DNA of 63,486 nt, filler included, from Octopus bimaculoides (GCF_001194135.2; 10 parts of 7 records of this genome joined end to end with filler, not necessarily neighbours in it), one strand, 5' to 3'; positions 48,119-61,994 are shown, numbered from the whole stretch's first letter. Made by a program: numbers and translations. The notes: generated by a model from the letters alone, not told the origin.

Positions 48119-49089
48119 NNNNNNNNNNNNNNNNNNNNNNNNNNNNNNNNNNNNNNNNNNNNTTAATTAATTAANNNNNNNNNNNNNNNNNNNNNNNNNN
48201 NNNNNNNNNNNNNNNNNNTATATATATATATATACACATACATACATGCATACATACATACATACATACATACATACATGTATGTGTGTATGCATGTATG
48301 TATGAATATATATGCATGTATGTATGTATATGTATGTATGTATGTATGTACGTATGCGCGCTGTGCCTGTATGCATATATATATATATATATGAATGCAT
48401 GTATGACTGTATGTATGCATGAATGCATGTATACAATTTTTCGCACTCACATAAACAGAAACATACATAGAGAGAAAAATAGAAAGCGAGTAGAAGAGGG
48501 AGTAGAAGAGAAAGATTGTGTGTATGCGTGTGTATGGGTATATGTGCGTGTATGGCTGCGGTTGTGTGCTTTGTTAGTATATATGTATGCGCGTACATAC
48601 ACATATATATGCACACACACACACACACACACACACGAAGAAACAAACATACAGACAAACAAACAAGCAAATGTGATGAATGTAAAAAGAGGGAGAGTCA
48701 ACGAGAATGAAGACCCCGCCTAGAGTTGTCGTCTCCCCTTACTGTACCTCCCACCTCCTACTTAACCATTCATAGATGTCTCTAGTCACTCCTACTTACA
48801 CAACGCGATGGCATGACAGATAACTAGGGTAAATCTCCTCTCACGCAGTCACTCAATCTGCTAGAAATAGCAACCAATTCCCCTTCATATCGCATCTTAA
48901 CGTCTTTTAAAAGACAGAGTCGTCGCGGCTAAAATACCATAGACAGTGGCTCTGCGTAGCCACAGTTTGACCTAGGAGGCAGACAATATCAACAACGGTA
49001 GGCCTGCTAGAAAGGTCAACCAAATGGTGGTGGTGGTGGTGGTGGTGGTGGTGGTGGTAGTGGTGGTGGTGGTGGTGGTGGTGGTGGTG

Positions 49090-49280
49090 GTGGCAGTGGC
49101 AGTGTTGTGTGTGTGTAAACACAAGGACAAACACACACACACATACGACAAACTTTCACACAGTTTCCGTCTACCAAATTCACTCACAAGGCATTGCTCA
49201 TGCTGGTGCCACATTGGACACTTACCCAATGAACCACACCGTGGGACTGAACCCGAAACCATAACTTGGTTGCAAAGCAG
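49090..49280 (-). mobile_element. SINE family A, old 5' half adjacent to (GGT)n
   Basis: cagtttccgtctaccaaattcactcacaaggc...gtgggactgaacccgaaacc. Confidence 0.65.
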
Positions 49281-51072
49281 TCCTAAGATTGTAGAAAAAA
49301 AAACTGTTACAGAATAATTTGCTAACTAGGAAACCACGACACACCAAAGTCTACCTGAAGGGGTTATTCGGAACTTCCTTCTCAAATTCATTCAAATTTA
49401 TTCATAAGATTTGAAACGACTTGAACTTACGGTAGAAAATATTTGCTCAGAATACTATACAGAACACAGAACCACGTGATTATGAAGCGAATCCCAAGTA
49501 ACTGTGCGTGTGTTCAAGACCATAAGGTCCATAGTGGGTGATAATGTAGGCATTATGATATATCTTCCTAGGGTCAATAACATAACTTTTAGACGTACAC
49601 TAGCATCGATTCAATCGGTTCAACGTTTTCCTCCGCAAAAATAATAGCATTCTTTTGTAGAAACAATATAACGCTGGTTATTGTTTTTGGTTAACTCTGA
49701 GTCAGCCTAGGTTGAGGAGATCTATGATCAAAGATGTTCTTGTGGCTATTAGGTATTTTGTATATACAAGACTACATAGATAAAAGTAACAGCCAAACCT
49801 CCCTTATAATGCGGAAGGACACATTTAATAACAGAGCAATTTGAGAAATTAATTCTGCTCGTAACTATTGAATCTTGATGTCACCACTTTTCCTTGTGTA
49901 ATCTTTTGCCTTAAGTGCATCTAGCAGAGTCCATTCTGTTGCAATCATTCAGGCTAGGTCTCTAGTTTGAGGATTACCTTCTTCCATCCTTCCTTGGAGA
50001 TCTTGTAAAGGGTTGTGGACCCTGCCTTCTCTCCTGACTAAAACGATGGAAAAAAAACGAAAAAGAGCATTGTTGGTGACACGAACCACTACCAGTTAGA
50101 CTGAATTCCATAGTTTAGCCCAGTTTGGCTAATATTGCCTTAGATATATTATGTCTTAAAATCAAGTTCTTCTGTAATAGCTGGAACAGGATTAACCGAA
50201 AGGTATATAATAAAAAGAAGAGAAACAAAACAGCAGCTACAACAAAACAATAACGATGAGACTGTCTTTGCAAGTATGCATACGTACACACGAACCTACA
50301 TGCATACACACCTAGGAACGTACATACACACTTTCCTAGATACATAGACATGTACATTAGTACACACCTACGAGTCCATTCGATTTGTAATCATTCAGGC
50401 TAGTTCTCTGGTTTGAGGATACCTTCCTCCTTCCTTCTTAGGAGATCTTGTGAAGGGTTGTGGACAGCTCTGCATGGTTTAAAGCATGGGTAACACACAA
50501 AAGTTTTAACTTACTGTGCACTTCCAACTGGTAAGGTCTGCACACGTCGCCACTTTCCCGTGCCATAGGACTTAGAGTAGATGGAATGGTGATTAAAGTC
50601 ACCATAAAGACACATCAGTACACCATTGGATTACTGTGATAAACGCTTGTACAACACGAGTACCATTCTTTGAGTCTCTGAGGTTAGTATCTACTGACAG
50701 ACCTAAGCGACAAGACTAGTAATCACGCGAAAGCGCAGTTTTTACATCAGAGTGTTCCAGAATATAACAGCAGCTAGGGGTCCTCAATCCTGAAGGTTTT
50801 TACAACGCTTCCCGACACTAACTAAGGGTATTTCTGTGTCCCAAGCTCAGATGGATTGTTATCACATATGCTAGTAAACTCATAGGTGAGAACTTTGACA
50901 GGCGTTACTACTCAGAGTCAGACTAGACCTGGGAACAATAGTGACCAATAGGTGATTCCACACTCTTCGAAGCACTAGAACTCACGAATTAGAGCCTCGC
51001 TACCGGATACAGCCTAAAGTCATGCACAGGGCATTAGGTCATACACAGGGCATTAAGTCATACCCAGATACA

Positions 51073-51106
<34 letters not shown>

Positions 51107-52300
51107 CATACATACATACACACACAAACCGTTGTCTGAATTCATTCAAGAAGGTTTTCATACTGTGGACACATACTGCTATACACAAGTGTACATGCAT
51201 GNNNNNNNNNNNNNNNNNNNNNNNNNNNNNNNNNNNNNNNNNNNNNNNNNNNNNNNNNNNNNNNNNNNNNNNNNNNNNNNNNNNNNNNNNNNNNNNNNNN
51301 NNNNNNNNNNNNNNNNNNNNNNNNNNNNNNNNNNNNNNNNNNNNNNNNNNNNNNNNNNNNNNNNNNNNNNNNNNNNNNNNNNNNNNNNNNNNNNNNNNNN
51401 NNNNNNNNNNNNNNNNNNNNNNNNNNTATATATATATATATATATATATATATGCGTGTGTATTAGGCTGTTTTCAATATCTCGGTTCCATTTTTTTCTT
51501 TTGCATGTATTATATATTATTTCTTTATTTCATCTGATCGTTTTCTTCTTTTCTACTTAGGTGAGTCTTGTCAAACATGCGGGTACACCTAAAAAAAAAT
51601 ATAAGACAAAATGGCTTCTTTAAACTTTCCCAAAATGAGGTGTGCTCTTCTCAATTGTTTATTGTGGTCCATTAAGTTTTTTATATATATCTTTATTACC
51701 GCCTGGTGTTTCTGTTTTCATAGACACCACAATTGTCTCTATGCTCCCACATCCTTTCTGCGTCTGTAGGCCTTTGTAATCTGCATATGTTTTTCCTGTT
51801 CAATGGCTTCGTGCGTTTCTGTCCGAACGATGATATAACAATTAATGTATTTTGGTAGGTTTGTTGATTTTATATAGTTTGCTACATGTTTTATACATAT
51901 AACATCGGTTCTTTTTTAATCCTTAATGTCTTCTAATATCTCAGGACAACGAGCAAATAATTTCTTTTTGGTGCTTTTATCCTCACTGTATCCTCATCCA
52001 GTATGTTTTCAAAAGCACTTCATTTTTTTTTTCTTCTCTTGCTTCCCTGCGTTAACATAGCACGGGCACACGCACACACACACACGCAAACAAAGAGGCA
52101 GAAACAGGTAGATACAGATAGCTGGATACTGACTTGTATGTTAAGATAGATAGATAGATATCATTATACACATCCATACATATCTGGAGATATACTTATA
52201 AAAATATATATGTATGTATGTATATTTATATACATAGTATGTATGTATTTCATTTTATCTGGTTTCAGCTCATGAGCTGTGGCCATGCTGGGGCACCATG

Positions 52301-52373
<73 letters not shown>

Positions 52374-52512
52374 GTATAAAAGTCTACAGACATGCATAAG
52401 TGTACAGGTATACTGCGTGTGTGTGTGTGTGTCTGTGTGTGTATGCATATGTATACATACACACATACACACACACATACGTAATGCATGCTTACACATA
52501 TTCGCAGATGCG

Positions 52513-52778
52513 TTGCACTCCGTCGGTTACGACAACGAGGGTTCCAGTTGATCCGATCAACGGAACAGCCTGCTCGTGAAATTAACTTGCAAGTGGCTGA
52601 GCACTCTACAGACACGTGTACTGTTAACGTAGTTCTCGGGGAGATTTAGCGTGACACAGAGCGTGACAAGCTGGCCCTTTGAAATACAGGTACAACAGAA
52701 ACAAGAAGAAACAATGATAGGAAGTTGTGGTAAAAGTGTAAAACAGGGTTTGCTGGAACCTCGTGGAGCTTTAGGTGT
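52513..52778 (-). mobile_element. SINE family C, diverged, internally deleted, runs into gap
   Basis: gcactccgtcggttacgac...gatccgatcaacggaacagcctgctcgtgaaattaac. Confidence 0.85.
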
Positions 52779-53391
52779 NNNNNNNNNNNNNNNNNNNNNN
52801 NNNNNNNNNNNNNNNNNNNNNNNNNNNNNNNNNNNNNNNNNNNNNNNNNNNNNNNNNNNNNNNNNNNNNNNNNNNNNNNNNNNNNNNNNNNNNNNNNNNN
52901 NNNNNNNNNNNNNNNNNNNNNNNNNNNNNNNNNNNNNNNNNNNNNNNNNNNNNNNNNNNNNNNNNNNNNNNNNNNNNNNNNNNNNNNNNNNNNNNNNNNN
53001 NNNNNNNNNNNNNNNNNNNNNNNNNNNNNNNNNNNNNNNNNNNNNNNNNNNNNNNNNNNNNNNNNNNNNNNNNNNNNNNNNNNNNNNNNNNNNNNNNNNN
53101 NNNNNNNNNNNNNNNNNNNNNNNNNNNNNNNNNNNNNNNNNNNNNNNNNNNNNNNNNNNNNNNNNNNNNNNNNNNNNNNNNNNNNNNNNNNNNNNNNNNN
53201 NNNNNNNNNNNNNNNNNNNNNNNNNNNNNNNNNNNNNNNNNNCTATTTATGACACGATGTGACACATCTGCACCACCGGATGCTCCTGAACCTGTTGTTA
53301 AGTGTTCCACCCGTGAGGGATCGATGCTAGATGTGTCGAAACAATTGTCGTGATTAATAATAATAATTCTCTTCCGTCTTTCACCTGCCAT

Positions 53392-53425
<34 letters not shown>

Positions 53426-53864
53426 TTATATATATATATATATATGTATAGTGTTAGATATGAGTTTCCTCCATTAGTATCGGCTACTAAGTTTCTAATT
53501 ATAGCTAAGAACTAATTGCGATACCCATGAATATATACAGTCAACTCGTTAAGCTGTCTACAGTTGTGCTAGTTTAAGGTAATGTCCAGAAGTAGACAGT
53601 ACTTTCATTAGTAGAGACAACCAAACCCCTTTAATATTCTTAATAAGTTCTTAGTGCATGCGTGTGTGCGTGTGCGCGCACGCAATGTGTTTGTATGTGT
53701 GTGATGTCTGTGTGTATGTGTGTGCATGCGTGTGCGCGCACGTGTGTGTGCGTATGTGTGTGTGTAGTTAGCCTGTGAAACGACTGCAGTTGCATATGCA
53801 GAAGACTAGGTTATATCGTAGCTACATAGCTACGTATATATATATATATATATATATCCATATA

Positions 53865-54065
53865 TTCTTTTATTCTTTTATTCTTGAGTACGGCCATGCT
53901 GGAGCACCGCCTTTTATCGAACAAAAAGACCCCAGGACTTATTCTTTGTAAGCCTAGTAATTTTTCTTTCAGCTGCTTTTGCCGAACCGCTATGTTACAG
54001 GAACGTGAACACACAAACATCGGTTGTCAAGCGACGATGGGGGGACAACCACAGACACACAAACA
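53865..54065 (-). mobile_element. SINE family A, 3' half ending at microsatellite
   Basis: ggccatgctggagcaccgcc...gaccccaggacttattctttgtaagcctagta...gccgaaccgcta. Confidence 0.85.
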
Positions 54066-54704
54066 CACATGCATATATATGTATGTATGTACGTATGTAT
54101 GTATGTATATGGAGAGAAAATAGAGAGACAAACAGACAGACAGAGAAGCCGGTAAAGATGATATGCAGGCTCATACATTTTTATACAAATATGTATAGGT
54201 ACACATATATCTGTGTGTATCTGTGTGTGTGTGTGTGTGTGCGCGTGCATGTGCGTGTCGTTGTCTGTGCATTTATGAGCAATTCCTATGTACATACATA
54301 AATACAGACACATGCGTTTAAACACATAGATTTCACATATACTCACATACACACACTCAGACGCATAAATATATATGTATATATACACATATATATATAT
54401 ATACATATATACATACATACACATGCATACGTGCATACATACACACATACATACACATGCATACATACATACACACACACACATACATACATACATACAT
54501 ACATACAAAGATACATCCACACACGCATACACACACACATTCATGCATACATACACACACATACATACATACATACNNNNNNNNNNNNNNNNNNNNNNNN
54601 NNNNNNNNNNNNNNNNNNNNTTAATTAATTAANNNNNNNNNNNNNNNNNNNNNNNNNNNNNNNNNNNNNNNNNNNNTATATGTATATATTTATATATGTG
54701 TGTG

Positions 54705-54860
54705 TGTAGTTGAAATTTACATAAAAACAAAAGACGAAGACAAGTATATGAACAAGTAGGTGTATTAATTTGATGCTCGGGTAAGTAAGTCTTTTACGTT
54801 TCGAGCCTACGCTTTTCAACAGAAAGGAATAAGAGAAAACAAATAAGAATAAAAAAAACA
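54705..54860 (-). mobile_element. Short Penelope-pLTR-like element with minimal hammerhead-like motif (54790-54826)
   Basis: Minus strand: CTTT-CTGTTGA-A-AAGC-GTAG-GCTC-GAAA-CG-TA-AAAG. Same subtype as 35560; its 3' end abuts TA/TG repeat. Confidence 0.55.
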
Positions 54861-55197
54861 CTTGTGAATTTTGCGATCAAGCATGGCGGCTGGACGAGAA
54901 AAAAAAAGAAAAAAAGAAGAAAATATGAAAAGAAGAAGACAAGGAGAAAGAGAGAGGCAAAGTAACAACGTACGGAGCAAGAAAAAGCAGAAAGTTCAAC
55001 CAAGTTCAAAGGTCGTGGTATATTAGAACGATTTTTCATCAACGAAAGAGTCAAGTGAAATCCATAAGTATATCTAGTGGTAATCCGGGTGGAGTGCTGG
55101 TATGTAGATGAGGAGAGGTGTAGAAAGTTCAGGCAGTAGGAGTGTAGGAGGTTGAAGCAGGATAAAACTGGAGTGACTACGTGTGCGTATAATACAT

Positions 55198-55401
55198 GGT
55201 TGACCCTTTGAATTACAGGCACAACAGAAACAGGAAGTAAGAGTGAGAGAAAGTTGTGGTGAAAGAGTAGAGCAGGGTTCGCCACCATCCCCTGCCGGAG
55301 ACTCGTGGAGCTTTAGGTGTTTTCGCTCAATAAACACTCACAACGCCCGGTCTGGGAATCGAAACCGTTATCCTATGACCACTGGGTCATTGCGCCTCCA
55401 C
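55198..55401 (-). mobile_element. SINE family C, 5' half
   Basis: Head ...cattgcgcctccac to gaccctttgaattacagg; 3' half absent. Confidence 0.85.
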
Positions 55402-56174
55402 AGTTGAATAAATAAGATATGCATAATTGCTTGGACTCACATAAAACAGGAATTCGAATCTTATCATCTTTGATTTGCATCAGTCGGTAAAGTTAACGAT
55501 GTCCCCAAATATTATTTTCAGCCCTTCACGAATTGTCAATGCTGAAAACGATTGAAATTTAATAGAACAAAGCAGGAACAAAGAAGTTTGGAATATTCCA
55601 TGTTGAATATTTTAACAGTAATGAATGGACCAGTGGATTCCATCTAATTATTCCGAGTAATAAAATTTACTCCTAGTGAAACAGGTTGCGCACTAATCGA
55701 GAAAATCGAACCATTGACAGAAAGGCTAAATCAAGTGTGAAGGAGAGCTAAATCGATAATGAGGTTGAAATTGGTTTGTAATGGTCGCCGCTATCCGAAA
55801 ATAGCCAAGTCTTTTTTAAGAATAAAGTCTTTACACTTGGTCTTGAATGAAACAAGGAACATTTTATAACGTTGTGTTGCTCGAATGAGGACGGTAAGCA
55901 CCATTTAAGTTTTATGGTGGTGAAACAGTTAGCATATCCACCGGTTTTGAAAGAAATATTTTACCAATTACATTTTATTATAACTTTATATAGTTATTCC
56001 TAAAAAGCTTGGTCGAATATGAATATCTTCTCACATTTCATACCTGCAGCGCATAAATATCACGAGTCCTCGAGCTTCCTGTAGATGAGATGAAAGCGTT
56101 ACCAATTTTGGACACCGCAACTGCTCATTCAGGTGGCCTCCATTTTTTCAGTAATATTTTTAATATAAATCCAT

Positions 56175-56619
56175 GCTAAGGCGGCGAGCTGCTAGAATAG
56201 TTAGTGTGCCGGGTAAAAGGCGTAGCGGCATTTCGTCCGTCTTTACGTTCTGAGTTCAAATTTTACCGAAGTCGACTTTGCCCCTCATCCTTTCGGGATT
56301 GTTAAAATAAGCACCAGTTGAGTATTGAGATCGATGTAATCGACTTAGCACCTCCCCCGAAATTGCCATCCTTGTGTCAAAAAATTTGAAACCAATATAC
56401 ATACGTGCTAAGGTGGCGAGCTGGCAGAATCGTTACTGCACTGCAAAAGTTACTGAGCAGCATTCCTTCCAACTTCATGTTCTGAATTCAAATGCCACCG
56501 GAGTTGAATTTCCCTTTCATCCTCTCGGGGTCAATAAAAAAAATACTACTGAGCATGATGTAATCGACTTACCCACTCTCTCCTAAAATTGCTGGCCTTG
56601 TACTAAAATTTAAATCCAT
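56175..56619 (+). mobile_element. Two SINE family B copies head-to-tail
   Basis: Heads gctaaggcggcgagctg (56175) and gctaaggtggcgagctggcagaatcgtta (56407), each with a B box, core and tail. Confidence 0.8.
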
Positions 56620-58683
56620 TAAAACTGCATGTTCTTGCCAAGCAGTATTACCTCCACGATGCAGTCAATGGCTCAAGGTAAATTTATCATATGTTGATAA
56701 AAGAGGGCAGCCTTACAGAAGACATAGTAGGACAAGGAACTACAGCTTCAAGTATACAACAGCCAATATAACAGCCACGTGAAAAGTAATGAAGGCCAGA
56801 ACTCCAATCAATGAATGGTAAAAAAAGAAATCTCCATGCAGTGTGGAAGTAGAATATGATATGGAAGGATCCGCGGTAAAGGATTTTCATCGTATATTTC
56901 AGTGAGTAGCTGAAATTCTTGTCACAGAAGACGTCCTATCGAGTTTGGTCCTCCAACCGAGTCTTTCGCGACACCCTTAAAACCAGGAACTTTTCATCAT
57001 CCTCTCGTGTGGAGTAGATAAAACAGGGGACAAGATGAATGGCATGTTCTTCATGTTGCCTGTCTCGTTTCTCTGTTTCTTTCTTTCTTTCATTGTTCGA
57101 AAAAAGTTCGTTTTCTATGATTTTTTATTTTTCTTCTCGTTTCTCATTTTGTCTACGTTTTATGTTCTGTGCCCATATGTGCATGGATATATACATATAT
57201 ATGTAGATATGTACATATATGTATGTATATATGCATATATTTATATATATATATANNNNNNNNNNNNNNNNNNNNNNNNNNNNNNNNNNNNNNNNNNNNN
57301 NNNNNNNNNNNNNNNNNNNNNNNNNNNNNNNNNNNNNNNNNNNNNNNNNNNNNNNNNNNNNNNNNNNNNNNNNNNNNNNNNNNNNNNNNNNNNNNNNNNN
57401 NNNNNNNNNNNNNNNNNNNNNNNNNNNNNNNNNNNATATATATATATATATATATATAACTATCCCTAACTACGCGTTGGTTATAACGGTTTTCTACCAG
57501 CTTTCAGTTTATTATTTCAATGGTTTCCTTTGGGGAAGCGCAATTTCGGACAAAGGGGAATAGAAGAACTATCAGCTGAGGTTAAGGTGTAGGATAGGGG
57601 CGCAGTCAGCCTGAAGTAACGTCTGAGGTTACAACACGCTACCATCAAATATATGTGTTTTATTTCAGTATCTATAAATAACATTTATTGTTGGTTAACC
57701 CAGCAATCGAAGATTGGCCAGCAAATATACGTCTCTATATTTCAACAAAGCGAAAATTGTTCATGTCAAAAGACATTCATTCTTACGAGGAAGATTAAAA
57801 ATGTGAGCCCCTGTGGAATTAGGACCTACTTTCAAATGCTTAAAAAAATATATATTCTTTACCAATATTCTTGCTATTCTGTATCATCTGTTCAACAAAT
57901 ATAATAGGATACGACATAAAGATATCAAGATAGTCATTAAGACGGAACTTCGACATTCTGAGCGAAAAATTGGATGATTGAAAGTTATATATACGATGCT
58001 AAGATAGAATTTATTAACCAAAACCCCCGCACTGTTTGTCGCGCGCACACACACATACACACACACACGCACACACACATACACACACACACATACTCAC
58101 GCAAACACACACACATACACACACACATACACACATGCATATACACTCACACATACACACACATGCACACACATACACACACACACATTCACGCACACAC
58201 ACTCAAACACACGCACTCACACACACAGAAACACACACATGCATACACACACACAAACAAACAAAAAGCTAAAGACTCATCAGGATCGGGTATTACATTA
58301 CTAAGACTTTGGAAGAATTTCTATACAAATCTACTTTACGTGCGCACGTACCTACACATACATGGGAAAGTGCGTCTGACTGTGCGCGTGCGTGCGTGCG
58401 CAAGAGCGAGAAAGAGAGAGAGGAATAATCCATAGAAGCCACGACCACAAATACATACAATATGCCGATATAAATTGTAATACTTACATGCATTCATGAA
58501 TGCATACATACATACATACACACAGACAAATGCAAAAACACACGCGTATGCATGCACATTGTATATATATANNNNNNNNNNNNNNNNNNNNNNNNNNNNN
58601 NNNNNNNNNNNNNNNTTAATTAATTAANNNNNNNNNNNNNNNNNNNNNNNNNNNNNNNNNNNNNNNNNNNNCATACATAGATA

Positions 58684-58718
<35 letters not shown>

Positions 58719-59094
58719 TTGTATGTATGTATATATGTTTGTATGTATGTATGTATGTATGTATGTATGTGTGTATGTATGTATGTATGTTTGTATGTAT
58801 GTATGTATGTTTGTATGTTTGTATGTATGCATGTATGTTTGTATGTATGTATGTATGTTTGTATGTATGTATGTATGTTTGTATGTATGTATGTATGTTT
58901 GTATGTATTTATGTATCTGAATAACACCTGCGTTTAACTCCATTTCTTTATTTATCTGTTATACAAAGACATTTCGCTAGACCCTGGAATTTCTACCTTT
59001 ATAAGTAGGCTGTAACATCCTTGGTACTTATGTGAATTTTTTGCTATACTGGTAACTATTTATTTATTGTTTCGTGTTATTTGTAGGCATTTCC

Positions 59095-59210
59095 TCACTC
59101 ACTCACTCTCTCACTCATTCACTCACTCACTCTCTCACTCATTCACTCACTCACTCTCTCACTCATTCACTCACTCACTCATTCACTCACTCATTCACTC
59201 ACTCACTCGA
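59095..59210. repeat. (ACTC)n array with higher-order ctct/attc variants
   Basis: Directly visible. Confidence 0.9.
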
Positions 59211-59249
59211 TATATATAGTTCTTAAATCGGACAGAAAGAAGCAAGGAT

Positions 59250-59320
59250 GCACGTTGGTGTAAATGGTAGCACACTTGTCACGAAAACAAAGCGATGTGG
59301 GTTCGATTCCTACTTTTTTT
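59250..59320 (+). pseudogene. tRNA-like sequence (pseudo-tRNA or solo SINE head) followed by T7
   Basis: D arm GTGT/GCAC, anticodon arm (C)TTGT/ACAA(A), T arm GTGGG-TTCGATT-CCTAC. There is no 3' acceptor strand; the isotype is not assignable. Confidence 0.45.
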
Positions 59321-59419
59321 CGGTCGAAAGCCTATATGCCCCATTATTAGACTATTTTCTTTAGTCATTGCACTATGATCGCTTATCAGCTTTAAGATTA
59401 TAAAATACTAATATATACA

Positions 59420-59615
59420 TATTTGTGTGTCTGTGTTTCTCCCCCACCGCCGCTTGACAATAGGTGTTGGCATATTTATATTCCTGTAACTTAGCCGTTC
59501 GTCAAAAACGTCCGATGAAATAAAAGGTACTGCGGTCGATTCTTTCGACTAAAATTCTTCGAGGCAGTGATCCAGCATGGCTGTAGCTTAATGACTGAAA
59601 GAATAAATGATTAAA
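59420..59615 (+). mobile_element. SINE family A, 3' half
   Basis: cgcttgacaataggtgttgg...gtaacttagccgttcg...gcggtcgattctttcgactaaa...ccagcatggc. Confidence 0.7.
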
Positions 59616-59660
59616 AGAATGCCTACAGACACATATACACACACACACACACACGCACAT

Positions 59661-59719
<59 letters not shown>

Positions 59720-59721
<2 letters not shown>

Positions 59722-59875
59722 CAGTTTCCGTCAACCAAATTCACTAACAAGACATTAGTCACCCACCTGCTAGCTTTGTAGAAGACATTTGCCCAAAGTA
59801 CCACGCAGTGGGACTAAACCCGAAGCCAGTCGATTGCAAATCAAGTGTCTTAACTATAAAGCTATGGCTGGTCCT
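59720..59875 (-). mobile_element. SINE family A, 5' half starting at (TA)n
   Basis: cagtttccgtcaaccaaattcact...gaagacatttgcccaaagtaccacgcagtgggactaaaccc. Confidence 0.7.
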
Positions 59876-61994
59876 ATACATCTGCGTATACGCCTAGGAA
59901 AAAGATTTACACATGCCGAAAAGGCCGTGTTGTAAGATCGAACTTGGGCCGTTCTGGTTGCGAAACAAACTCTTCGACCATTTTTGGTATACTGCACCTA
60001 CGAAAGAGATTAAACGTAAATGTTGACAAGAATTCATATAAAACAACTAAAAAATAGGTGATGAGAAAATACGAAAATAAATAAAATAAGAAAGAAAGAA
60101 TGAAAGAAGGAAAGAAAGAAAGAAGGCGTAAAAGGGTATTGATGGAGGTCGAATAAAGAGCAGATTCTGAAGAAAAAAAAAATTTCTAAAACTGAGACAT
60201 AAGATGTTGAACAAGGAGAAGGGGGGAAATGGTGGAGAGGGGCAATGAAGGAATGACGCAGGGAAATGGGCGTCCGGGAATGTGTGTAGCTAAGAAAGAA
60301 AGAAAGAAAGAAAGAGAGAATCAAAGACTAAAGATATACGAAAGAAAGAAAGAGAGAGAGAGAGAGAGAAGACAGACGAGACCATCTTCAAAGAGTCTGA
60401 AATGTCTTTGGAAAAAACGTATCAGCAATGACCTATAAAAACCGACAAAGAATTAGACAATGGTGGCGTGAATTTTATTTCCATTTTTTATAGGAGAATA
60501 TCAATAAAGAATTACTTTCAACTCCACCCGACAATTATCTTGACTGCTTTATAAATGTGTGTGTAAGTGTGTGTGTAAGTATATGTGTGTGTATGTGTGT
60601 ATGTCTACATATATCTGTACGTGCATATATACACNNNNNNNNNNNNNNNNNNNNNNNNNNNNNNNNNNNNNNNNNNNNNNNNNNNNNNNNNNNNNNNNNN
60701 NNNNNNNNNNNNNNNNNNNNNNNNNNNNNNNNNNNNNNNNNNNNNNNNNNNNNNNNNNNNNNNNNNNNNNNNNNNNNNNNNNNNNNNNNNNNNNNNNNNN
60801 NNNNNNNNNNNNNNNNNNNNNNNNNNNNNNNNNNNNNNNNNNNNNNNNNNNNNNNNNNNNNNNNNNNNNNNNNNNNNNNNNNNNNNNNNNNNNNNNNNNN
60901 NNNNNNNNNNNNNNNNNNNNNNNNNNNNNNNNNNNNNNNNNNNNNNNNNNNNNNNNNNNNNNNNNNNNNNNNNNNNNNNNNNNNNNNNNNNNNNNNNNNN
61001 NNNNNNNNNNNNNNNNNNNNNNNNNNNNNNNNNNNNNNNNNNNNNNNNNNNNNNNNNNNNNNNNNNNNNNNNNNNNNNNNNNNNNNNNNNNNNNNNNNNN
61101 NNNNNNNNNNNNNNNNNNNNNNNNNNNNNNNNNNNNNNNNNNNNNNNNNNNNNNNNNTATATATATACACATGTATATATATATATGTATGTATACGTAA
61201 ATGTGTATGTATGTACGTATGTATGTACGTATGTATGTACGTATGTATGTATGTATGAGAGAGAAAGAGAAAAGAGATGACAAATTATCGCAACCGAAAT
61301 AACTACATCCAAAGTTATAGTTATTTAAAACCTAACCAAAAAGAAACCCTATCCATACGGAAAACTTCATGAAAACCCATTACATACATATATACATACA
61401 TACATACATACATACAGAGAAACCTAAATCCAGGCATTTTCAATGATAATAATGATCTAGTCAGAATCATTGTAAGGAGCTACGCGATATCTTGCAATGA
61501 AATATTTTTTCGCTCAAACTGCATCATTCTGCAATGAATCCTTTAAAGGAGGCGGATTTAATGAAACACTCCATTCACAATGTTAAGCAAACAAAGCTAG
61601 AAAGCTATTAGGAGAAAGAATGACCACCTGGTTCCATTCAGTTTAAATATAGCGGCGAATGTGGTGGAATATTTCCTAAAGCTAACTGCTAAGAATTTTC
61701 CATTCGGCTATAAATGCCATAAGCTATTTAACAGGAATAATAGAAAAGATAGCTAAGGCTGCACTTGAAAAATAGCGCAGTATCAAAATTATTAATAAGT
61801 ATTGAACCAGTATTCCACAAACGACAGCCAAAAGTAATTATAACACTTTTCTACTCTAGGCACAAGGTCTGAAATCTTAGATCGACTCCAGTACGCAACT
61901 GATATTCAAATTAGCGACGAAATTTGAACTCAGAACAAAAGTAATTATAACTGCAACAGTTGAAGGCCATGCTCGATACATACTCTCACTCTCT

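Noticed and set aside
57671-57801. Strong acceptor (gtgttttatttcag) and possible donor (gtgagc) as the next kinase exon
   Set aside because: The required phase-2 frame hits TAA after three codons; the open frame has no lipid-kinase similarity.
61548-61586. GGGFNETLHS resembling the missing kinase GGDG.FxExLHG motif
   Set aside because: It lacks the Asp, has a stop two codons later and no suitable phase-2 acceptor; a chance match.
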